Source: Selaginella moellendorffii
Taxonomy: Eukaryota; Plantae; Lycopodiophyta
Length of the DNA stretch: 64,000 nucleotides
Direction: 5' to 3'
NCBI RefSeq assembly: GCF_000143415.4
Contig: NW_003314285.1
Span: forward strand, 336,152-400,151
Below the pieces are notes generated by a model. It worked only from the letters and a program-made list of their open reading frames with translations, was not told the DNA's origin and made no database searches. The position numbers and the translations under genes are program-made. Positions 42,522 to 54,149 of the stretch are shown here, piece after piece; the first letter of the stretch is position 1, and every line of letters starts with the position of its first letter.

Positions 42522-45500
42522 TGTTCTGTGCTGCTTTGCCCTTTGAGAAAGAAGTATCTATCCTTCGATCTAGAGGGAAATGCGAAGAACCAGGAAGCCC
42601 ATCTTAGAATAGATCAAGGAATTGTCGCCTTTCGAGGGATGAGAGAACAAAACCCAACCAAGAACACCGAGCTTTGTGTCTGGAGCTCTTTGCTTCTACG
42701 TTGGACCAAACAAAAAGAACAACTCCATAAAGGCGAGCACCCTGATTTCTCTTTTGTTTTTCTGGGAACGAAGAAAGCTACGCTCACCTCGCTCTCTCTC
42801 GCTCGCGCTTTTGCTACATTTACTCTCGAGCTACCAAAGCATGGATGGAATCAATGATATGAATGTGAATGAAAAGACTCCAGGAAGGCGAGCGAGCGAG
42901 CGAATGGCCGAGTGAATGAAGAACGATTCGAATTAAAGGCAAGTGGAATGAATGAATGAGATGACTAAAACACTGCTACCTTCTTGCGCTCGTTGTCTTC
43001 GTGATCTTGGATAATTCCCCTGCTCCAGACCAAAGTTTCTTCGATTAAAACATTGGATTCGAGGATATGGAATGGAGGATGAGACACCACTATGAACTTA
43101 ATAGGAAGAACAGGGATCACAGATATTTGCTATCTCCCAACTTATAACGCGACGACGAAACAGCGCTGTGCAAAGCTGCTACTCCTGGCTTATTGCTTGG
43201 AGGACTCATATTCTGTGGCATATACCTCAACACCCAACACATGGAGGCAAGACGACTTATTAGCATCTTAAGATAATCCGTGTACCCTGTAGTGAATATC
43301 AGCCCAGAGAATATTTTCCGCAATGGTACACAAGTTGGCACAAAAGTTTGTTAGTAAGGACGCTTGAATTAGTGTGGTTTAAACAATAAGAGGAAATGGT
43401 CTAGTGATATGATTCTTGCTTCGAATAGCAAGAGGTCCCGAGTTCGCTTCTCGGAATGCCCCACAAGGGCATCTGCTGTCTTTCGCCTTTACGAACACGC
43501 TCTTTTCATAAATGCCGTATCCCAAGCACACAAGGCATGGCTGACATTTTTGTGCCTGTTAGCGTGTAAGTCATTTGTGTATGGAATCTTGCATGTAAAT
43601 GCCGTATTTATACTGTAGTGGAAGGGAATAGAAGCAAACACGGTCACGCATAAAACACTTTCTCCTCATGGACTCGGTTTATAAATATTCCAAGAAAGAT
43701 TGTTAGCATTGGCACTCACATCGCTTTCACTAATCACTCTGGAGTCTGGACCGCAACTGCTTCTAAGTCAGCAAATTAATATAAAGTAATCTAGTAAATT
43801 AATGGTGAGAGTCAACTTAGCTTAGGCAAGGTGACAATGAAAGGCAAGGTAGAGGGCTCACCATCCCCTTTGTTAAGTGTTGGAGCGAGTTTCATATGAG
43901 AAATGCTTTCGTTATAGCACAGAAATCTTTAGCTTTTGTTGATCATTCTAGAGCAACCGAAGTTTGCAAGCAGCCGCTTGTAACTCAAAGCTACGATAAA
44001 ATAAAATGATCTAGTAAACAAATGGTGAACTTAGCTTGGGTTGACCTTTATGCTCCCACTTTGTCTTTCTAGGTATATCTGATGATATGTGTGAAGTTGA
44101 TGTGTGGTTTCATTCTAACGGATCTCAGAAATTCAAACTTATGGATGGAAGAGATATCACTAACATTGAGATGGAGTGATATGAAAAAAATCACTAACAC
44201 AGGGAAGCAATGTTATTTGGTGAATACTATTGCTAAAATAGCTTTTTCAAAACAGGTAGGAGATTCCCCGCAGAGAGGCAATATTCCATCTCTGGAATAC
44301 TCTATCTCCATGTATAAATGCCATTGGGGCAAATATCAAGGTTCCACTCCTTTCTCCCCTTTGAGAGCTTGAGCGTGAGCTAAAGCGATGTGAGTGGTTC
44401 CTAGAGCATGAAGGTTGGGGTGATACCCTCAACAAGTGGTGAACCCGACATGTGACTATAATCTAGTGTTTTTCTTCTTCTTCATCTCTGGGGTCAGAGG
44501 GGTATATCTGGTATATACCCTCTATATCGAGTTCAATTTGAGCGTCATGTGAGTGGAATTGAAGTTCTTCGTTGAATTAAGGACTTGGCTATGGTGGCAA
44601 TCTTCTTTCCATGAGTTCTCTTGATCTACAGCACCTGCTGTTTGTTTCTAGTGATAGGTTGAAGTGCAGCATGGCCCAAGATTCATTTAGACTGGGTGAG
44701 GCAATTCATGGTCAACACCCTGTTTTTCCGTGAAAAGAAGTCCAGCAATTTATGCAGCCAATGGTGGAGTTTGCAGTTAGATCTGGTCGTGGTGCACAAG
44801 AGAATAGGCCTCCCAATACCATAGAATATTCTTGGAATATTTCTGTGGTTTGTATAGCTTTGAGAAGATGAGGAGAGTAGCTTTCTTGCATGACAATATA
44901 GTTATAGAAATAAAAGAATGAGAATGCAACTTAAATCATATCAATATAGCTATAAAACTTAATTTTCCCATCCTTCAACCATATCATCCTTATTTTCCCA
45001 TTATAGCCTCATCTATGTATGATTTCTAATTTTTTTTGTAATGTGTCTTCACTAACCTTTAAGCAAACATATTGGCTAGACTAACATTCTTAACATCAAT
45101 CTCTAAGATTTGGATGATTAATTTATCTATGATATTATAAGAGTGTAAACATGTTTACACTTGTTCATATGAAACATTAAATAAATTTTCAAACTAGTTA
45201 GCAAGTCCAAAGTGTAAGCATGATGATGATTATCTAATAACAATGATGTTCATTAGCTAATTTTTTGTCTCTGCCGCGAATATGAATGCATATATCAAAA
45301 GCTATCTGTTGGCTAGTTGTTTTAGATATTTTTTCCTTACTACCATGATGGGAAGAGGTCGGTATTATTGGACCTTTTATCAATCTTTTTTAGCATACTC
45401 GACTTGGCTCTTAGTTCTCTTTTGCTCTGTCTTGCACTAGTTTGACAAGAACCCTCGTGTATTAAGATTAGTCCCTTAATATTGTTAGATGATAGCTTAT

Positions 45501-46035
45501 TATGTTTATTAAGCACCCTCATCTTGTGTTAGTACCATTTGGTTTTAATTGCTATTTATGGAAATTGTCTAGATTTGCTAATTTGGCATATTTAAGCTTT
45601 ATTTCGTTAAAGTGGGAATTGTCATTATCCCACTTGTAAAATAAGGTTTCCAAACCTTTATATAGTATATAAATATAACAAAATTCAACTGCATTGAGGC
45701 ACATGCCATTTTATTTTAAACAGGGAAATGTCTACTCAATCACTTCTCCTCCCCCTGCCACTGCTTCACCTTTCTCTTCTCTTTGTCATCGTTGTCCAAT
45801 TTCTTTCCATCCTTTTAATATTGGCTCAGTTGCTCCGAGTCTAGGTGGAGCCCAAGTCCCCATTCAATCTTTACTTTCCCCTTATTAATAAAACAACTTC
45901 GTAGACTTCCAATAACATGCTGTAACACTTCTAGTATAATGCAAATCCTCTCAAAGAATTGTCTTTTAATATTAATACAATGGCATGGAACCCCATGCCA
46001 TAATAAGTTACATTTTTAAATAAATACATGCCATC

Positions 46036-46920
46036 TCAGACTGTTATTTTTTGCCTCCAACACTTATACAATAGTCTTGGAATTTCATCACTCTCCACAC
46101 TATCAGGATTTAAACCCAATAGTAATGCCATCTCTTCTCTAATACGTCCATGCTCATGTTCAGTGGTCGAAGAACCCATCCGGTTGAGCAGATTATAAAG
46201 ATGCGGATAGTGCTTGGCTAGACAATATACATGCCATAAATGATGATTGGTGTTTGTCCGATCAAATGGCTTCTGATATACCGTTCCATCTGCCATTTGG
46301 TTGATTTCTGCAGCCACCTCCTAGACTGGCCAGTTCTCTATCACCATCGCTCCAAGCCGTTTTGCAAGGTCCCCCAAAATATACGGTTTCTTCTCCCTAG
46401 TTTCCATACTGCAAGAGATGGGGTGCACTGCATATGTGTGCATGTTTGCTGCAGTTTTAATCGGCGAGTCATCGATGATGAGGATTTCACTTGACCTAGC
46501 AGTCTGGTTCATCACTACAGCCTCTGGCTTGATGAAGATGGGCTTGCTACCCCTCACATGGACCATAGTCAAGCAATCCTCCTGCGTTAGGAGAAAGTCA
46601 AATGGTAATATTACTCGCGTCTGATCATGCATCATCTGTAGCAACGTTAATGCATTGTGGCACATCATGGATGTCCAAACTCCCAATTGCAAATTGAACC
46701 CGGCCCTCTGTTTTAAGTGTCGCATGGTCATTATTAGATCCCGTAGTTTCTCCCGTGTGATTAATGTGAATCTGTCTCTTTTGACCAATTTGCGACCGCA
46801 GGCTTTGGAGGGTGCAGTGACATTCAAGGACGAGCCACGCTCATGGGAGAAAAGGACACCGTTCAGATCAAAAACGATACAGTACCTTCGCCGTGACTCT
46901 GAAATGAAATGCGTCAGCAT
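46036..46920 (-). pseudogene. FCP1/NIF-like HAD phosphatase domain exon (transposon cargo)
   Basis: CIVFDLNGVL (motif I), LGVWTSMM (motif II), LTQEDC, FIKP, ILIIDDSPIK (motif IV); in-frame TAG at 46321-46323 with the frame continuing to 46036. Confidence 0.8.
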
Positions 46921-46949
46921 AAAAAATGGTACAAGTCAATTTTACCATC

Positions 46950-48830
46950 TACAATATTAGCGAATGGTGCTCCCGATGGTCGTTGAGAGGGTTTTGGTCA
47001 AGGAAACGTGAAGGGCGGAAATACTCTCCTCTGCAATGTGGGGTCAATCGCATCCGATGGCGTGTGGGCACATGCCATTTCAGCTGTAGACTCTGGTACA
47101 ACTGGCTCAACAGTGGCATGGGGTGGTTCCGATGGCGTGTGATCACACGCCATTTCAGCTGGTGCCTCCGTTGGCAAAGTGGACATGACCGAACAGGCAG
47201 CAGGGGCGGTGTAGGGAGGTTCCAACGGCGCGTAGTCAGACGATTGGGCACATGTTGAGTCCGTTGGAAATGAGGATACGAACGGCTCAGCGGCTGGGGC
47301 GGCCTCATGCAGGTCCAATGGCGCCTGGTCACCGTCAGTTGGGTACGTGGACAAGATTGACTCAGTGGTATGGGCAGCATCAAGTGGAGCGTGGTCAGCT
47401 TGCTTGGCGTTGATATGGATAGTAGCCTCCACCAGCTCTGATGACTCTTGCAGGCAAGTAGAGTCCACTGGCGGATCCATATGCATGTCCAAATATCTCC
47501 CTTCGATTGAGATGGTATCCTCCCGTGCTACTAAAAACAAACTCATTAGCACATTGAATCAACTATACTGTATTTACCATCAACTGCTATTGAGGAACTA
47601 GGACCGATATCACTTGGGCGCACTGCTGATTCTGAAGGATTGGACATACGTTTCGACCCTTGCTTGGCACTATCCTTCCTCGACACTAAAGGCTAGAGTT
47701 TGTAAATTCAACTGAATAATCTCTACTTACCATTTGCTCTGCGACCTACATGGACAATGTTAGAAATGGTAAAAGGTTAGGAATGGATGTACTATTATTT
47801 ACCTGATGGTTTGTCTTGTATGACCTTCCTCCGCTGCTCTTTGGCCACCTCAGGCTGGCCATCGTCGTCATCATCGTCGTCGTCGTTATTGTGATCGTCA
47901 CCATTGTGAGGACCATCCAAGTCCTCTTTGTCCTCCTCTTCTTCGTCCTCCTCTTCTTTGTCCTTCTCTTCGTCCTTCTGCTCTTCCTGCTCATTATCTT
48001 TCTCTAGCTCCTCATCCCCCTCCTGCATTTCTTCCATAGGCTGCTCAGGCTGGATGGCTTGTTCTTCCAGGACCATCTTGGGAAAATCATCTGGCCGAGT
48101 CTCCATCTCAAAATACAAGACATCCATAGCCTGTTTTAGTGCGTGACCTAGGACTGTATCCTCACCCGACTGTCTTAACATGGTTTCTGCACGTTCTTGC
48201 ACCCTTCGAAGACGACGAGATGAGAAAAATGTGGCCCTGACTTGAAAAGCATCCCTCATCCATTGTACCTCTCCATTGAGATTGGGGAAGGGGAGTCCGC
48301 CATAGGAATCTAAGTCAGGAGGTGGTGACTGCCTGCTTTCACTCAGCCCTTGATCTGCAATGAATGGCATGAGCACACATGCCATAACTGCGAGGCATTA
48401 CCTATCATCTTTTCGTTGCCCTTCTTCCTTTTCGAATCAAACGCCTCTAATCCCGACGACTGTCCAATGTGCTTTCGCTTTTTATAACCACTGTTAGTTT
48501 GAGCTTGGCTGGTGCTTGCCTGTTTTGCCTTTGAAGAAGTGTCTCCTGCAAGGAATGGCATGAGACCACACGCCATTGCAAATATAATTTGTACCTCCTT
48601 TTTTCCTATTGCTTGTCTGTTTGTCCTTCTTCGACGCGCCACCAGTGCGCTTTTCAGTCCTCGTGTCTGAATATTCACAATGATCTATAATCAAAATGGC
48701 GTGAGGCCTCACGTGACCTTACCTTGTGCAGGTTGTGAGCTCGGCCCAACATGGGTATCTTCAACAGTAGCTGTTAACGCCGTTTCAGCATTTGGGGGTG
48801 GCCACGCTCTTGCATACAGAGCTTGTGAGA
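46950..48830 (-). pseudogene. Chain of low-complexity exons (basic, acidic Asp/Glu-rich, Pro/Thr-rich), probably linking the ParB-like gene to the FCP1 exon
   Basis: ORFs 47795..48385 and 46998..47552; putative micro-introns at 48355-48401, 48546-48594 and ~48667/48685-48722. Confidence 0.5.
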
Positions 48831-48878
48831 TAACATTTAAACTTAAAGTGCGTACTCACCAGATTCGCAAAGAAGATA

Positions 48879-51655
48879 CTATTTTTCTTTGGCAACTGTA
48901 ATTATATGCTCCATTGAAGTCACCTCTTCAATGGAGTTTGTCACCGCAACACACGGGACACCCTTGAGTAGTGCGGTTCGAAAGAATAGTCCGCCGCAGT
49001 TGTACTCGACAACGCATTTGCCCTTGGAGTCGGAAGCAGGTGACCCACCCGCTATTGCGTTGAAGACCCAGCTGAGCATTTCCCATGCTGCACCTGGAGC
49101 TTTCTTTGGATTTGAAAGCTCCATAGCCGTCTTCAGTTCCTCAGGCACAGGTAAATTGACCTCCCTCAGATCAATTCGATCAGCCTTGTCGAACGAAGCT
49201 GGGAAGTCACTCCAGTCCCACTCTACTGCAGGACCAGTAACAAGGGCGAGCGTGAAGATGCGGACATTCGTCGGTATCTTCTTCTTAGCCATTATCCCAT
49301 GGATCTCCCGCATCTCCTTGCCTTTCAACCGAGCCTTCACCTCATTCAAGGCCTTCCAGAACTTGTGATAGGATTCGGAGTCGTAGATCATATAGTGGAC
49401 TGAAGATTCCACCTCCGCAAGTCCCACCATTAAGTCAATGATGGAGCTGACTTCGTCTGCATGAGTGATCTCCTCGTTTATGAAGTCCATCACACAAAAG
49501 ATGTTCTTGACCTGCTCATCTCTGCAGGAAATGATGCTCCTCCACCTTTGATCCTCATCCGAATTCAAGTATACCCGGTAAGGTTCTCGATAGGCCTCTA
49601 CTGCGGGGTCGAGCTGTTTCTGAAGCCGGCGGTCGACATCACTCTTAATGAAATTTGGATATTGATCCAACTTCTCAGCTTTACTTTTCGTGGCATCCCG
49701 CAGCAGATCAATGAATTTGGGGGCCCCCTTCACGTACTCGTCGATGTCTTCATTTGACAAATCCAGCGCTTCCATCATCTCTTGCGTGGTGTCGATGCTC
49801 ACCCTCTCCACGGCCACTTGCTCGAAGATCCAATCCTTCAATAGCGCACGAGCTCTCAGAGTCGTGCACAAGTCCTCGTATGTCACAATATGGCCGGGAG
49901 TCATTTTGGTCTTGTTGAAGACTACCTCACCACGTAGAAGAGCATTAGCCACTGTCAGAAGGTCGTCGTCGTCTAGAGACCACAAGAAACGCAAGGCATT
50001 GAGCTTCAAATCATTGGGCTTCCGGCCGTCCTCCACACCCATTGAGTTTAGTAACTCCCCGTCATGGTATCTCCTCAGCACATCTACCCATTTGTCAAAA
50101 ACAACTTTTGTTGCGAGTAGAATGTTATGGATGCTGAGTGTGTCATTGACCCCCAGTGTTTTCGAGAGAAGACTTGAGAATTCCTGCAATGGAAATGGCG
50201 TGAGGCCACATGCTATGCCACATGCAACGAGGCTTACCTGCCAGGCGCTAGTTGCTAGTGCACGTCTTTGTCCTGGATTTTGTGGCTTCTTCAGTTGAAC
50301 CCAGAGCTTCCGTGTTCTTGCCAATGTCTCGTGCAGACCCGATTTATAGCACGTTTCTTGCTTGACATTCTGCGCGTGGGAGATGTATATGATAGATCGG
50401 AGGGGCGAGTTGCCTTTTATCAGGTGGACAACTCTTGTCTTGAAGACTTTCTTCACCTCCTCGCCCACCATAATATCCACAACTATCTCTTGCATCGCCA
50501 AGCTAGAATGCTACCCGGAGACGGCATAGAACCGGATGTTCTGATCGTCCAACACCTTCCTATTGATCAAGTCTGGAAACCTCGTCTTGCCCTTCATTGT
50601 TCGGTAGTAGAGGATCACGTCTGCGATGTCGGGTGTTACTGGACTTGCCAGCATCTTCTGCTTCAGTTTCTCCACCCACTCATCAGATACTAGCCTGTGG
50701 TTGTATTTGCTTTGGATGTCGATACGGCTCACGTCGATTGTATATACTTTGTTGGAATAGTAACAAGTACTATTATCTGCGACGATTTTTGCTGCCTCTT
50801 CTTGCTCTTTCTGCTCTTTGCGGCTCTTCTTTTTGGTGGGTGTAGTGTTCGAACCCGAGGCAATGGCATCACCGAGTAACTTCTTTTTTGGAGGAGAGTC
50901 GGACGTCGGCTTGAGCTTGACCACCCTTTTTTGCTTCGGGGTAGTTTCCAGATCGACCCCCTTCCCCTTCGCTTCGCGAACTGGAGGCACTCTCAATGGC
51001 TCAATGTTGGAATATAGTTTTTGAACATCGCCGTAGGTGAGGTCCGTGGATTCCATGTGATCCTCATAGACCCGTAGCATCTTTGAAATTGTGGGCCTCC
51101 TGGACAACCTCTCCCTAGCTCCCTCTAGGAATTCCTCATAGCCGCTGCCCCCCTCCGGGATGCCGCTAGGATGTGCAAGGTGGATCTTGAAGGCAGACGC
51201 TGTCTCTACCACAAGTGCCAGTCTATATTCTTGCATGGAACTGCATGGAGTGTCTGTCACTTGGATAAGGATCCCCATGCATTCTTTTCTCCCACCATCT
51301 GTGTTGTACAGCCTTAGATCCTCGCCTTCCATCCCGAAAGTCCAACTGGTGAGCTCCTCCCCCTTCTCTGCATCCACATTGACAGTGGCTGGAAGAAGAA
51401 CGCAATTCCTCGCCTGTTCAGAAATGCACAACAATTAGAGCTGATAGATGAAAAGCTAGCAGCTGGAAATAATGTGAGGCCACACGCCATTCACCACTGC
51501 ATTAGATGTCTTGAGGCTGCATCCTAAGATGGCATGAGGCTACACGCCATCTGTAACCGAACTGCACTCGAGAGCCCAATCGGTGCATGCCAATGTTGCT
51601 ACTGAATGGCATGTGGCCTCATGCCATTTTCTACTTGGCCTAAAAGACTTACCAT
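48879..51655 (-). pseudogene. Large cargo gene with a ParB/Srx-like domain and a C-terminal degenerate methyltransferase-like fold
   Basis: ORFs 50511..51434 and 48879..50501 are in one frame, split by a single TAG in RFYAVSG*HSSLA (GQH, ParB-like); VYTIDVSRIDI...HRLVSDEWVEKLKQKM; C-terminal KKAPG..WEMLSWVF...GKCVVEYNCGG...ALLKGVPCVAV; in-frame 54-nt intron 50184-50237. Confidence 0.6.
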
Positions 51656-52929
51656 TTGAAGCAGAATGGAGGCGTGACAATTGAGGCCGGACTCGCTGGC
51701 GAATGTACACTGTGTGTGTAGCGGATCGTAGCAGCAAGGCTACTTTGCCACTTACAGTTGGAGAGTGGCGCTGAAATCTCCCAGGACGCCAAGTGGGTTG
51801 CATGTGGGTGGCGGAGTGGGCGGCGGAGTTGGCGGCGAAGTTACAAACTGGGTGTGTCTTGAAGTGGACGCCGATGCACACAAGCGCGATGCGAGCGCGA
51901 GTGTGATGCAAGCGCGAGTGGACGCCGATGCACACGAGAAACCTGTAGAGAAGGTAGATGAGTGCGAATGTGAGCGTGATCGCGAGTGGGAGCACGATGC
52001 GAGCGCGAGTGTGCGAGCGCGAGTACGAAGCAAAATGCAAAACCTAACCTCACACGCGCGAAATGTCACGACGGTTGGTAATCCCGCCATGTCATCATTC
52101 CTCGGACTTGGGCGCCACCATTAATTTCTGGATCGCCGCGCGCATGCATGCACGTGAAATCCAAAAGAAATCCGCAACGTCATCATTCCTCGGACTGCAT
52201 GCACGTGAAATCCAAAAGAAAGATCATGATTGGGATATCATTTAATACCCTCGCTATATTTATACCATGCATGATTGGATATTCCAAAGCATCTTGTATT
52301 TCCAAAAATGCCAGATGTTCAGCTAAATAAATTGTCAGAGGATTTGATGTGACGTTCAAGCGTGTGGGCTCATGCAATTTTGATCCCAAAAAATGCACCA
52401 AAAAATGCTCGGCGTCATCTGGCGTTATCTCTTGAATGGCGTGGGGCCGCATGCCATTTTCAGGGGCACATAGGAGTATATTCCTAGAATATTTTAACAC
52501 GCGCGAGATTGTTTTGAGTTTTCTAGAGATCCAACCGTTAGATCGCAACTAGATTTTACAGAATGGTATACAATGTCCTTCTTGATGACCTTGCAAAGAA
52601 GCATTCGATCGGACACCACATGAGACCACACAAGCCTTACAATGTTTCAGGGGCATTTGCCATAGATCCGACCGTTATTTTTTTCCAAGATTCTACAGTT
52701 TAGTGTGCATTGACCTTTCCATCGACACTGCAAAGGGACATCACAATCAGATGTGGGATCACAAGAAACCAACTTCACTAACTCTGGTTTCACCAAGATC
52801 TACGTAAGGAGTTATGAAATGAAAGGACCCTCTTTATTGAAATGTGTTTATGGTCCTAGGGGCATTGTGACATATCAAAGGATTTTGCATCAAGTTCTGT
52901 ATTTGCATGTTTATCAAGCTACTGAATTG

Positions 52930-52956
52930 CTAAACCCTAAACCCTAAACCCTAAAC
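52930..52956 (+). repeat. Interstitial plant telomere repeat / telo-box (CCCTAAA)x3
   Basis: CTAAACCCTAAACCCTAAACCCTAAAC. Confidence 0.8.
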
Positions 52957-54149
52957 ATGTGGCAAATGCTGCGTGAAGAAAGATGCCCTTTCTGGGCAAA
53001 TACTGTAAGAGGCAGATGCCGAGCAGATGTATCTCAGGCTAGCGAAGGGGACAAACAAAAGCTAGCTATAAACATGACGGGATGCAAATAGATTACTAGG
53101 CTGGTCCTGCGAAAATCAAAAACCATAATTGAAAACATTGAAAATGCAAAAAGAAAGGTTTATAATATTTTTGAATTTTAAGCAACCAAAGGAATGTAAG
53201 TAAGGCATGTGTTTGTAAGTTTAAAAATGCCTCAACCACTTAAATTCCCAAGTAAATAAAGCTGTTTCTATTTTTGGTACAGGTAAACTTTATAGCATGT
53301 GGGCTCATGCAATTTTGAACCCAAAAATGCACCAAAAAATGCTCGACTAGCATTATTCTTTGAATGGCATGTGGCCTTATATTGCCATAAATGGACGTAC
53401 ACACACAGCATAATTATTCCTTTACACGGCGAATAATCTTGGCGCGGATCGCTGACACGGCATGGCAAAGTTCGAATCACTGACATGGCACAGCTGGATC
53501 GAGGCAAGGACATGATGTGACAAAGTTCAACCTCCGACAGCATAGTCTTGAAGCTACTCAGTTTGAAATTTGTCAGAGGAATCATAAGATCTGGTTTGTC
53601 AGAGGATTTGATGTGACGTTCAACCGTGTGTTATTTTTGAATTCTCGAACTCATTCCTAGGTCTATCATTTTTGTGTGCCATGTTCTTGGTTCCGCTGAG
53701 CGCAGTGAGCGCTGCTTGTGTAAGCGGCGTTGTGAGCTGTGGTTTATGCGTCTACAAGCGGTTGCGGCATTGCGAGCGCCATTGCGAGTGGCAGTTTATG
53801 CGAGTGGCAGTTTGTGCGAGCGGCGCTACGAGCAGTTGCGGTGTTGCGAGCGGCACTGTCTTTGGTGTGGCTACCGCTTCCTCTTGATATTCGGCACTTG
53901 TGCTTCCTGGTATGTTCACCATGGAATGGCTTAGGACCACATTTAGAAATGGCATGAGGCCTTATGCCATTAGTGGTACCACTAATGGCATGAGGGCTCA
54001 TACCAATTTTGTGAATGCGAAATTTCACGTGGGTGTCAATAGCATGTTTGAATAATGGCATGTGGCCTTATGCTATTTGGTATGTTATGATTTAGGCCAT
54101 TCTCCAATCATTTTTTGTATGGTCTTAACTTCTTTTCTGCACTTTCAGA

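Noticed and set aside
43000-45270. Possible degraded gene remnants
   Set aside because: No motif I can assign with confidence
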